A stretch of 32,000 bases of DNA, taken from positions 450,001-482,000 of the forward strand of contig CP010514.1 in the NCBI GenBank assembly GCA_001552015.1, given 5' to 3'. This document shows, piece after piece, positions 1 to 8,397 of this stretch. The notes beneath the pieces are model-generated. The model was given only the letters and a program-made list of their open reading frames with translations. It had not been told where the DNA came from and ran no database searches. The position numbers were made by a program, and so were the translations under genes. Each line of letters begins with the position of its first letter. The first letter of the stretch is position 1. Origin of the DNA: Candidatus Nanopusillus acidilobi. Lineage in GTDB: Archaea; Nanobdellota; Nanobdellia; Nanobdellales; Nanobdellaceae.

Positions 1-908
1 AAGTTTTACATACTTACCACACATGTATATATTAACTTCATCATTACTATTCTCAAGAGAGTTTACAAAATTTACCCAATCATCTAGTTTAGGCTCCCTA
101 GGTTTCTAATCCCAATTTTGTTACTAAATATTTTCCAAGACCTTGTTCTTCTAAGATGAGTGGCACTTTATAGATTGTATCTACATCAGGTGATGTAAAT
201 ACAGCATTAACTGGTACATTTGTAAATAAAGATATTTTCCTTCTTGTTGATTCATCAAGAATCTTTGGTGCCCTTGCAATTATTATATCAGGTTGAATAC
301 CAACTCTTCTAAGCTCAGCAACACTATGCTGCAATGGTTTTGTTTTAAGTTCACCTGTTGTTGATAGCAAAGGAACTAAAGCAACATGAACAAACAATAC
401 ATCATTGGGCATCTCGAGCTTCATTTGTCTTGCAGCTTCAAGGAATGGTAATCCTTCATAATCACCAACAGTACCTCCAATCTCAATTAAAATTATATCT
501 GGTTTTTCGCGTTTTCGTTACCAACATTATTCTTCTCTTTATTTCTTCAGTAACATGAGGTATTAATTGAACTGTTTGACCTAAGTATTCTCCTTTACGC
601 TCCCTTCGAATTACTTTATAATAAACATGACCACTAGTTATATTATGATATTTAGGAATCTCAACATCAAGAAATCTTTCATAATGTCCTAAATCTAAAT
701 CTGTTTCACCGCCATCAAAAGTTACAAACACCTCACCATGCTGGAATGGGTTCATTGTACCAGCATCCACATTTAAATATGGATCTATTTTAACTGCTGT
801 TACATTATAACCTCGAGCTTGAAGTATTTTGCCAATAGAAGATGTTGTTATACCCTTACCCAACCCAGACAACACACCTCCCGTAATAAATATATATTTG
901 GTCCTCAT
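1..908 (-). pseudogene. pyrG: CTP synthase (PyrG), first ~300 codons; reading frame broken twice; gene runs past the window start
   Basis: ORF 483..908 begins [20 protein letters not shown]...[22 protein letters not shown]...[12 protein letters not shown], which is the synthetase domain. My hand translation upstream of ORF 98..424 in its own frame gives [32 protein letters not shown]. Positions 1..97 in a third frame give REPKLDDWVNFV..EVNIYMCGKYVKL, the start of the amidotransferase domain. One protein therefore occupies three frames, with breaks near 503-507 (A5 run on the coding strand) and at the in-frame TAG at 98-100. Confidence 0.8.
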
Positions 909-1117
909 TAAGATAGTATTTAATTAAGTTTAATAAGCCTTGACTACTAGATATTACAATACTTTTTTAACAGCACAAAGCTATTACTCGACAATTGTCA
1001 CTAACTCTTTATAAACCTCCCACAAATTTATGCCTTAAATCAATCCAAATCAAAACATTATTTTATAAATTTTGAGAAGTTAGATATTTTTAAAACTTAC
1101 TACTACCATATGGCAAT

Positions 1118-1531
1118 ATGGACAATAAATATTCATATAACATTTTAAAAAAGTTTTTAGATGGTATATTAATTAAAAGCAATGAAAATGAAATTAATAG
1201 AGAGCCTATTGAAAATATAATGTATATAATATCTACTATCATAAGAGATAGGACCTTAAATTGTATTGATCAGAATACAAACACAGGATCTTCAACAAAA
1301 GACTCCATAGAATACTGCATTGGTAAATATAATACAATAAGAAATATTACAAAATGTTATTTAAAGAGTGAATATAAATTAGAAGATTGCATCGATATAT
1401 ATACTCCTGAATTACCTAAAGGTATTGATCGAGATATCATTAAACATACAGTTATAAGCATATTAGATAAAACAAACAAAGTAATCAGAGAATATATGGC
1501 ATGGGAATATGAAGATTATTCTTTAGAATAA
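1118..1531 (+). CDS. hypothetical protein, 137 aa, no family recognised
   Basis: It is the only long ORF between pyrG and the cysteine desulfurase gene. I can name no motif in it. Coding status rests on ORF length alone in an AT-rich genome. Confidence 0.4.
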   Translation: MDNKYSYNILKKFLDGILIKSNENEINREPIENIMYIISTIIRDRTLNCIDQNTNTGSSTKDSIEYCIGKYNTIRNITKCYLKSEYKLEDCIDIYTPELPKGIDRDIIKHTVISILDKTNKVIREYMAWEYEDYSLE

Positions 1532-1708
1532 TATCGATGTTAACTTTATATCTAAGGCCATATTTAATGTCGCATAACCAAGATTATCCGACATTTTTAT
1601 GCATATCATATGTAATGTCTAAAATTTGATATAATTGTATAATAAGTTAACCTTGGTTATACTATAAAATTTTTTATAGAAAAATATTTTCCTTATATAA
1701 TCGAAAAA

Positions 1709-2935
1709 CTAAAATCTTTTAACAATTTCTTCTAATTTTTCAAAGAAGAAATCAATTTCTTCTTTTGTATTATAAATATACAATGAAGCCCTAATAGATC
1801 CTTTATACTTATATAGATCCAAATGTCTAAATAATATGTAACAACAATGATATCCAGTTCTAACAGTAATATTATAAGAATCTAACATTTTTCCAATTAT
1901 ATGAGGATTTATTTTAAATAATAATGAAAATATTGCTTCTCTATCTTTATAATCTTTTAATCCCATTAATATTACATCTTTATATTTATTTGAAAATTCT
2001 TCAAATCTTTCTAAGAAATATTTTGTTAATTCTTGTTCATATTTTTCAATATTTTCCATTCCTAATTTATTTAAATATTTAATTGCTTCTCCAAATGCAA
2101 TTCCATCCGCAATATTTGGTGTTCCAGCTTCAAATTTCCATGGTAAATCATTTAAATATTCTTTATCAAAATCAATATCTGTAATCATGTCTCCACCCCA
2201 TAAAAATGGTTCCATATTTTCTAATAATTCTTTTTTTCCATATAATACACCGATTCCAGAAGGTCCCAACATTTTATGAGAACTAAATACTAAAAAATCT
2301 ACATCTAATTTTTTAACATCTATAGGTAAATGTCCTGAACTTTGTGCAGCATCAATCAAAACTAAAGCACCTTTTTCATGAGCAATTTTTATTATTTCTT
2401 CTATAGGATTTATTGTACCCAAAACATTTGATACATGAGTTATAGAAACAATTTTTGTTTTTTCATCTATCTTTTTTTCTAAATCATCCAAATCTAATTT
2501 ATAATCTTTAACATTAATATATTCTAATTTTGCTCCAGTTTTTCTACATACAAATCTCCATGGTAATAAATTTGAACTATGTTCCATAGAAGATATCAGA
2601 ATTTTATCATCTTTCTTTATATTATTTAAACCATAAGAATATGCAACAAGATTTATAGATTCTGTAGTATTTCTTGTAAAAATTATTTCTCTCCAATCTT
2701 TACATTTTATAAAATCTGCAACCAATTTATGAGAATTTTCATATTCTTCAGAAGATATTTCACTTATTTTATATACACCTCTATGAATATTTGCATAATA
2801 TTTTTCATAAACTTCTTTTATTTTTTCAATAACTTGTCTAGGCTTTTGAGTTGTTGCAGTATTATCAAAATATATTAAATTTGGATTATTTTCAAAAATT
2901 GGAAAATCTTTTCTTATTTCTTTTGGATTTATCAT
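1709..2935 (-). CDS. sufS: cysteine desulfurase, class V aminotransferase (SufS/CsdA-like)
   Basis: The length (408 aa) fits the family. The PLP-lysine context is FSSHKMLGPSGIGVLYG. A C-terminal RTGYHCC motif matches the catalytic-Cys loop (RxGHHCA) of group II desulfurases. The N-terminal FDNTATTQKP is typical. Confidence 0.85.
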   Translation of the reverse strand: MINPKEIRKDFPIFENNPNLIYFDNTATTQKPRQVIEKIKEVYEKYYANIHRGVYKISEISSEEYENSHKLVADFIKCKDWREIIFTRNTTESINLVAYSYGLNNIKKDDKILISSMEHSSNLLPWRFVCRKTGAKLEYINVKDYKLDLDDLEKKIDEKTKIVSITHVSNVLGTINPIEEIIKIAHEKGALVLIDAAQSSGHLPIDVKKLDVDFLVFSSHKMLGPSGIGVLYGKKELLENMEPFLWGGDMITDIDFDKEYLNDLPWKFEAGTPNIADGIAFGEAIKYLNKLGMENIEKYEQELTKYFLERFEEFSNKYKDVILMGLKDYKDREAIFSLLFKINPHIIGKMLDSYNITVRTGYHCCYILFRHLDLYKYKGSIRASLYIYNTKEEIDFFFEKLEEIVKRF

Positions 2936-2985
2936 AAACTAAATTTATACAAAACTCTTATATTTTTTATTTATATTCTATCATA

Positions 2986-3240
2986 ATGAAATATAGTATA
3001 AATAAACTTTGCGGAATGAATAATTTATCTGTAAAGTTTGATAAAGAACTTAATAATGAATTTATTGATAAATTAATAAAAATATTAAATAATTTTGAAA
3101 TAAAGGAAAGAAATGAAAATTCTGTTTGGTTAAAGTTAGAAGAAAAAGATGTATTAATATATAAATATGGAGAAATTATACTTTTAGGCTTTTCTGAAGA
3201 AGAAGTTAAAAATATTTTAGATAAAGCTTTAAATGAATAA
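2986..3240 (+). CDS. small hypothetical protein, 84 aa (weak resemblance to a single TBP-type repeat)
   Basis: It is divergent from sufS across a 50-nt AT-rich spacer. The segment DVLIYKYGEIILLGFSEEEVKNILDKAL resembles the TBP repeat core (xLLIFxSGKxVxTGAKSxxD). This is a weak by-eye similarity only. Confidence 0.4.
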   Translation: MKYSINKLCGMNNLSVKFDKELNNEFIDKLIKILNNFEIKERNENSVWLKLEEKDVLIYKYGEIILLGFSEEEVKNILDKALNE

Positions 3241-3295
3241 AAATTATCTAATATTATAAAATAAAGAGAAAAACTTTAAGCTTGTGACTTTAAAT

Positions 3296-3778
3296 CTAAT
3301 GAGCAGCTAATGTTGCCTGAACAGATATACCATTATATGTAAATGTAAATATATAATAGTAATTTCCTGTATTCCAATCATTAACTATAGTGACTGGACC
3401 TGAACATGATAATAATAATGTTGCTTGTTGACCTGATGGAACTGGTGAATTCCCATTTACTACTGATGCTGTACATGAATCCGTATTACCATCATATGTT
3501 GCATTTGAAGCATAATATTCTGCAGCTGTTATAATTAAAGTATTATTATTAATTGGTACATTTCCATTATTGTATATTATTGCATATATATTACCACTAG
3601 AAACATATATTTGAGGTACATTAAAGGATGTTATTTGTGTAGCTTGAGCAACCTGACTTGAAGTAGCTCCAGTTAATGAAGAAAACATTCCAGATAACCA
3701 TGCATACATTAATCCTGCTATTGCTACTGTCATTACAATTAATAGTATTGTTGCAATAATTGGAGATATACCCTTCAT
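3296..3778 (-). CDS. archaeal type IV pilin-like protein with class III signal peptide
   Basis: The N-terminus MKG/ISPIIATILLIVMTVAIAGLMYAW matches the archaeal prepilin signature: K/R-G, then a cleavage site, then SP(I/V)IATILL plus a hydrophobic helix. The remainder is a Ser/Thr/Asn-rich beta-type domain with N-x-S/T sequons. Confidence 0.7.
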   Translation of the reverse strand: MKGISPIIATILLIVMTVAIAGLMYAWLSGMFSSLTGATSSQVAQATQITSFNVPQIYVSSGNIYAIIYNNGNVPINNNTLIITAAEYYASNATYDGNTDSCTASVVNGNSPVPSGQQATLLLSCSGPVTIVNDWNTGNYYYIFTFTYNGISVQATLAAH

Positions 3779-3880
3779 AAATAATTTAGTAGAATATTGA
3801 TATTTATAAATTTTTGGACTTTAAAAGGTTCATTTACTATAATCAAAATTTAATAAAAGATAATTAAATTAAATTAAAAA

Positions 3881-3955
3881 GGACCCGTAGCTCAGCATGG
3901 ATAGAGCGACGGCCTCCTAAGCCGTAGGTCGGGGGTTCGAATCCCCCCGGGTCCG
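3881..3955 (+). tRNA. tRNA-Arg (anticodon CCT)
   Basis: Hand-folded cloverleaf: acceptor GGACCCG/CGGGTCC, D arm GCTC..GAGC, anticodon stem ACGGC/GCCGT with loop CTCCTAA, and T arm GGGGG-TTCGAAT-CCCCC. The discriminator is G and no CCA is encoded. It is about two-thirds G+C by my count. Confidence 0.9.
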
Positions 3956-3965
3956 CTTAATTAAC

Positions 3966-5162
3966 TTAAGTATTACTTTTTTTATAATATCTTAATCCTA
4001 GCAAAAATAGAGAAGAAATTATATATACATAAACCATCGGCATGAAATCTACAACATAATATGTAAATAATGTTGTATTACCTAGAAAATATACTAAGAA
4101 AAATCCTAAATAAATTGATAATGGATATAAATAAGAAACTGTAACTTTTTTATCTTTTAATATAAATATTAAAGGTGTTAAAATTAGCCAGAGTATCATA
4201 ATATAATTATTTACTAATGCATGAAAACTATTTAAATAAAGATTATTTCCAGAATAAGTTCCCAAATAAAATGGATGAATATTTAATAACCATTGCCATG
4301 GTGAAGAAATTTGATTTGGAGCATTTACAATATGTCCAGATGTAATATCCCATTCTAATGCACCTAAAAAACTTTGATTGAACCAACTAGAGAATCCAAA
4401 ATATATAATTAATGGAAGATTTAAAGATAAATATATTAATAATGGTAATAAAATTACATAAAGAAATCTTTTTATTCTACTTATATTAATTCCTTTAATA
4501 TAATATAAAAGAGGAAATATTAAAAATGCTCCAGGAAATTTTGAAGAAAAAGCTAGTCCAAAAGATATTGATGATTTTAGTATATCGTCTTTTATTAAAT
4601 AATACAATGATAGTAAAGAAAAGAATGATACATATATATCTAACATAGCTATTCCATGCATTACCCATATATTTGGATCTGAAATAATTAAAACTGAAGT
4701 AATTATTCCTGCAATATTTCCAAATATATTATTACCAACAATTTTTCTAGTTATTAAAAATGATAGAATTATCATTAAATCTCCTAATATCCAGCTAGGA
4801 ATTCTCCAAACCCAATAATTATATCCTAAAAAATATATAAAGATGCCAATTATATATTTTGCTAAAGGTGGATGTTCAAGATTAAAATAATTTGTTAAAT
4901 CTTTTCCAGAAGGAAATGGAACAGTTTGATTTATATTTAAATGAAATATTTTTGTCATAATATTATATGAAGCTGGAGCATACCATACTTCATCTGAAAT
5001 ATATGAATTTATGGGATAAAATACAGAAACTGTTTGATAAGTATAAATTAATAATAAAATACCTAAAATTATATAAAAGGTGTATTTCTTTATAAATCCA
5101 TATAATTTATTTATTATCCTATTTTTCTTTAAAACATCAATAATCCTAAATAAATTTTTCAT
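3966..5162 (-). CDS. GT-C fold glycosyltransferase, PMT/GT39-like (dolichyl-phosphate-mannose protein mannosyltransferase family)
   Basis: It is a polytopic membrane protein of 398 aa. The first-loop acidic motif YISDEVWYAPASY (D57-E58, nt 4989-4994) resembles the PMT DE motif. NLEHPPLAKYIIG (nt 4857-4877) closely resembles the PMT signature DVHPPLAKML. Confidence 0.7.
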   Translation of the reverse strand: MKNLFRIIDVLKKNRIINKLYGFIKKYTFYIILGILLLIYTYQTVSVFYPINSYISDEVWYAPASYNIMTKIFHLNINQTVPFPSGKDLTNYFNLEHPPLAKYIIGIFIYFLGYNYWVWRIPSWILGDLMIILSFLITRKIVGNNIFGNIAGIITSVLIISDPNIWVMHGIAMLDIYVSFFSLLSLYYLIKDDILKSSISFGLAFSSKFPGAFLIFPLLYYIKGINISRIKRFLYVILLPLLIYLSLNLPLIIYFGFSSWFNQSFLGALEWDITSGHIVNAPNQISSPWQWLLNIHPFYLGTYSGNNLYLNSFHALVNNYIMILWLILTPLIFILKDKKVTVSYLYPLSIYLGFFLVYFLGNTTLFTYYVVDFMPMVYVYIISSLFLLGLRYYKKSNT

Positions 5163-5201
5163 TATTGATCTATCTTAAAAAAATTTAAAAAGCTAGATTA
5201 T

Positions 5202-6395
5202 TTATGATAAACTTTCTATATAAACTTCTGGCATAATTCCATCTGGTGGATATGTTCTTCCAACAACCCAGTATATAGATTGTGAAGATGTTGATTGAGA
5301 ACCATCTCCAGCACCAATGGCAAAGTAATCTCCTGATAACATATTTTTATTAATTTCTATTTCTGGAGTCTGATTTGTATTTTCTAATGTTCCTAATAAA
5401 GAAATTGGTGGAATATTATTTAATACAAGGTATCCTGCTTGTACATATGTATTATTACAGAAATCAGCTAAGAAATATGAATAAATATATGAATGATTTT
5501 CTTTTATAAATGGTCCTTTATATAATTGAATATTACCAAGATTTCCTATATATGAAACATATATTGCAGGTTGTAAATTATAATATTCATATTGAACAAA
5601 TATAGAATTATATAATGTTGGTGTATATCCGCCAAACATATTTGCTCCTGCTGCATATACAGGAACTTTTCCACCATACATTGAAATTAAATTTGCATCA
5701 GCTTCCCCATTATAATACCATCCTTCTTCAATAATTATTGGTATATTTGATATATTTCCATTGTTTGGAGGTTCTATATATGATCCTTGTGATGATGTAT
5801 TATTTAACATTTCAATTCCATCAATAGTTGGAGTTGGGAAATAACTTCCATTTTCAACATTTAAAATCCAGTTATCTTTTGTATCATAAAACCAACCATA
5901 AAAATCAAAGACAAGTTGTCCATTATCATAAATACTTAGAGGTCCCCAACTATAATTATCATATACATAAGATGACATACCAACATAAGGAGAATATTCT
6001 TCATAATAATTTTCTCCTGCAGGTCCTATATACATATAAATTGTAATATTTGAATATGGAGGAATTGAACTTGGCAATCTTACCCACCAAATAGAATAAT
6101 TACCATAATATCCTGCAAACCATGAATATAAAATTGATCCTGTAATATTACTTAAATTTGTAAAGAAGAAAACATTTGATCCATTTTCGTTTATTCCATA
6201 TTCATTCATTATAGAACTATTTATATATATTTCTTGCTGAAATGGTGAAAAGACTACGCAATTTGTTGGATTATATATTGATAACTCTAATATTTTTCCG
6301 CTACTATATGTTTTAGTTTGATAACCCAAATAATATATTACTCCAAAAATTACAACAACAAGAGCTAATAATATAAATAGATTTCTCATATTCAT
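5202..6395 (-). CDS. secreted or anchored DUF2341-like protein, N-glycosylation sequon-rich
   Basis: It has an N-terminal signal anchor, MNMRNLFILLALVVVIFGVIYYLGY. The segment NVFFFTNLSNITGSILYSWFAGYYGNYSIWWVRLPSSIPPYSNITIYMYIGPAG matches the DUF2341 pattern (..vWVkvPsi.a..tttIYmYYGn). It contains many N-x-S/T sites. Confidence 0.55.
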   Translation of the reverse strand: MNMRNLFILLALVVVIFGVIYYLGYQTKTYSSGKILELSIYNPTNCVVFSPFQQEIYINSSIMNEYGINENGSNVFFFTNLSNITGSILYSWFAGYYGNYSIWWVRLPSSIPPYSNITIYMYIGPAGENYYEEYSPYVGMSSYVYDNYSWGPLSIYDNGQLVFDFYGWFYDTKDNWILNVENGSYFPTPTIDGIEMLNNTSSQGSYIEPPNNGNISNIPIIIEEGWYYNGEADANLISMYGGKVPVYAAGANMFGGYTPTLYNSIFVQYEYYNLQPAIYVSYIGNLGNIQLYKGPFIKENHSYIYSYFLADFCNNTYVQAGYLVLNNIPPISLLGTLENTNQTPEIEINKNMLSGDYFAIGAGDGSQSTSSQSIYWVVGRTYPPDGIMPEVYIESLS

Positions 6396-6436
6396 AAACT
6401 AATATTGATAACAATTTTTTTAAATAATTTGTTATT

Positions 6437-7630
6437 TTATATTAATAGTAACAGACCTAAAATTCCTGCTATAGATATCAATACATAATTTATATTTTCA
6501 GAAACTACTAAAGTAGGTGAAGAAGATCCCATTTCGACATCAAATTGATAGTTTCCATATCCTATGTATTGTCCGTTTACATAAACATCTATATCAACAT
6601 CTGTTAAACCTGGAGATAATACAAGCATTTTAAATGGTATTACTAATGAACTATTTGGCTGTAAAGGAGAAGATATGGTAATATTGTTTAATGTTGTTAT
6701 TGGTAAATTATTATATAATAAAATTACACTATTTCCAATAACTGAAAAAGTTAAAGTTATATTATTAATTGTTGCATTACCAGAATTTGTTATATTTAAA
6801 TAAAATACTGGATTTTCAGACTGTACGGGGAAACTAATTGATCTATAGAAAGTTTGATTAATAGAATTAATACTCAAAATACCATGCAAATATATGATAG
6901 AATTATATATAAGAGTAGTGGTTGTTGTAGTAGTTGCATAATTTGTGACCGTAGATGTTAATGTAGTAGTAGTTGTAGTAGTTATAGTAGAGGTTGCTGT
7001 ACTGGTGATTGTTGATGTAGTTGTATTTGTTACATTTGTAGTATATGTTTGAGTAGTAGTTACTGTTGAAGTATTAGTAACTGTTGCGGTTAATGTAGAA
7101 TATGTTGTACTAGTGACTGTTGACGTAGAAGTTAATGTTGAAGTAACTGTGGTATAAACTGTACTCCATATAGTGTTTGTAGAAGTTGCTGTACTAGTAA
7201 CTGTTGTATATGCTGTATTAGTAACTACTGATGTATAAGTTAATGTTGTTGCAACTGTGGTATAAACTGTTGAGGTAACTGTTGTATATATGGTATTAGT
7301 GATAGTCTGCGTATTTGTAACTGTTGTATAAACTGTGGAAGTAGATGTTGATGTTGTATATGCTGTACTAGTAACTGTTGAGGTACTAGTTAATGTTGTT
7401 GCAACTGTAGTGGTAACGGTTGTCGTGGTAACTGTTGTATATACAGTATGAGTGGTTGTATATGTACATTCTAGTAAGCAATCTCCTGCCACACTACAAT
7501 ATGTGCATATACTGCTTGCACCACTAAAAGTAGTACAAATGCTACCATAAGCAACATTAAATATTTTTATAAATAATATTAAAATGAGCATAAATTTTAG
7601 AATCGTTTTTATTTTATTAATAGCACCCAT
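6437..7630 (-). CDS. Thr-rich surface protein: signal peptide, Cys-rich cap, ~180-aa Thr/Ser/Val/Tyr tract, CARDB-like beta-sandwich, C-terminal TM anchor
   Basis: The signal peptide is MGAINKIKTILKFMLILILFIKIFNVAYG. Six Cys follow within ~25 aa, then the long tract (..TVYTTVTSTVYTTVATTLTYTSVVTNTAYTTVTSTATSTNTIW..). FYLNITNSGNATINNITLTFSV resembles CARDB/NEW3-type domains. The C-terminal helix is NYVLISIAGILGLLLLI. Confidence 0.7.
   Translation of the reverse strand: MGAINKIKTILKFMLILILFIKIFNVAYGSICTTFSGASSICTYCSVAGDCLLECTYTTTHTVYTTVTTTTVTTTVATTLTSTSTVTSTAYTTSTSTSTVYTTVTNTQTITNTIYTTVTSTVYTTVATTLTYTSVVTNTAYTTVTSTATSTNTIWSTVYTTVTSTLTSTSTVTSTTYSTLTATVTNTSTVTTTQTYTTNVTNTTTSTITSTATSTITTTTTTTLTSTVTNYATTTTTTTLIYNSIIYLHGILSINSINQTFYRSISFPVQSENPVFYLNITNSGNATINNITLTFSVIGNSVILLYNNLPITTLNNITISSPLQPNSSLVIPFKMLVLSPGLTDVDIDVYVNGQYIGYGNYQFDVEMGSSSPTLVVSENINYVLISIAGILGLLLLI
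6912..7465 (-). repeat. in-frame degenerate Thr-codon repeat tract inside CDS 6437..7630
   Basis: The plus strand reads as reiterated gta/agt/tgt/ggt units, which are ACN, GTN and TAT codons on the minus strand. It contains blocks 7116-7148 and 7152-7198, which are identical to blocks in the neighbouring gene. Confidence 0.8.
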
Positions 7631-7631
7631 T

Positions 7632-8378
7632 TTATGATTGTATTAAAGTATAATAAGTTTGATTGGCCGTAACAGTCGAAGTTAAAGTAGATGTAGTAGT
7701 TGTATAAACTGTTGATGTACTAGTAACTGTAGATGTAGAAGTTAATGTAGTAGTAGTTGTTGTATAAACTGTACTCCATATAGTGTTTGTAGAAGTTGCT
7801 GTACTAGTTACTGTTGTTGTAACTGTTGTATATGCTGTATTAGTAACTGTTGATGTACTAGTAACTGTATTTGTAACTGTAGTATAAACTGTGGAAGTAG
7901 ATGTTGATGTTGTTGTAACTGTTGTATATGCTGTATTAGTAACTGTTGACGTAGAAGTTAATGTTGAAGTAACTACTTTAGTAACTATTGCAACAGCTGT
8001 ATTAGTAACTGTTGAGGTAACAGTAGCTGTAGCTGTTGAGGCAACATTTGTTATGACAGTAGTAGTTGTATAAACTGTTGATGTACTAGTAACTGTGGTA
8101 TAAACTGTGGAAGTAGATGTTGATGTTGTAGTAACTGTTGTATATACAGTACTAGTGGTTGTAGATGTAGAAGTAGCTGTAACTGAAGATATAACAGCTA
8201 ATGTGACTTTAGTAGTAGAAGAAGCTAAAGTAGTACAGATTGCATAGATGGGAGTAGATAAGCGAACAAAGATAATTATAAATATAATCAATATAATCAG
8301 AATCTTATACAACTTATACACAATACTTCCTTTACTTCTGCCCTTATCAAACATTATAAAATATTTTTTATATAGCAT
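7632..8378 (-). CDS. Thr-rich secreted protein, shorter paralog of 6437..7630 (no CARDB-like domain or C-terminal anchor)
   Basis: The N-terminal signal anchor is KILIILIIFIIIFVRLSTPIYA, followed by ICTT as in the neighbour. The rest is almost entirely T/S/V/Y/A/N, and it shares the peptide TSTATSTNTIWSTVYTT with the neighbour. Its stop lies 1 nt from the next ATG, in a different frame. Confidence 0.6.
   Translation of the reverse strand: MLYKKYFIMFDKGRSKGSIVYKLYKILIILIIFIIIFVRLSTPIYAICTTLASSTTKVTLAVISSVTATSTSTTTSTVYTTVTTTSTSTSTVYTTVTSTSTVYTTTTVITNVASTATATVTSTVTNTAVAIVTKVVTSTLTSTSTVTNTAYTTVTTTSTSTSTVYTTVTNTVTSTSTVTNTAYTTVTTTVTSTATSTNTIWSTVYTTTTTTLTSTSTVTSTSTVYTTTTSTLTSTVTANQTYYTLIQS
7647..8234 (-). 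repeat. in-frame degenerate Thr-codon repeat tract inside CDS 7632..8378
   Basis: It has the same unit composition as 6912-7465. Blocks 7762-7808 (47 nt) and 7942-7974 (33 nt) are identical to 7152-7198 and 7116-7148 respectively. Confidence 0.8.
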
Positions 8379-8397
8379 AATTTATAAAGCTTTTTCA

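Noticed and set aside
95-105. Programmed +1 frameshift at ACC-TAG-G in pyrG, by analogy to stop-codon-stimulated +1 shifts.
   Set aside because: I saw no upstream stimulatory element. A second independent break in the same gene makes decay or sequencing error more parsimonious. It is kept only as an untested alternative.
358-558. Plus-strand 66-aa ORF across the pyrG frame break.
   Set aside because: It lies antisense to sequence with unambiguous CTP synthase homology on the minus strand.
1567-1660. Inverted repeats in the 177-nt spacer after ORF 1118..1531. They are atgtcg/cgacat (1567-1594) followed by T5, and ataaccaag/cttggttat about 65 nt apart. They could indicate a terminator or small RNA.
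   Set aside because: The stems are only 6-9 bp in AT-rich sequence, and T-runs are ubiquitous here. I could not identify any box motifs or G+C enrichment like that of the tRNAs.
7891-8073. Plus-strand ORF of 60 aa (Val/Glu/Asp-rich) inside the Thr-repeat region.
   Set aside because: It is an antisense shadow of Thr/Val codon repeats. It has low-complexity composition with no start context or independent support.
6900-8240. The periodic-looking repeat region could be mistaken for a CRISPR array or non-coding tandem repeat.
   Set aside because: There are no fixed-length direct repeats separated by unique spacers. The periodicity is codon-level (ACN/GTN/TAT) and lies entirely within two long minus-strand ORFs that have signal peptides.
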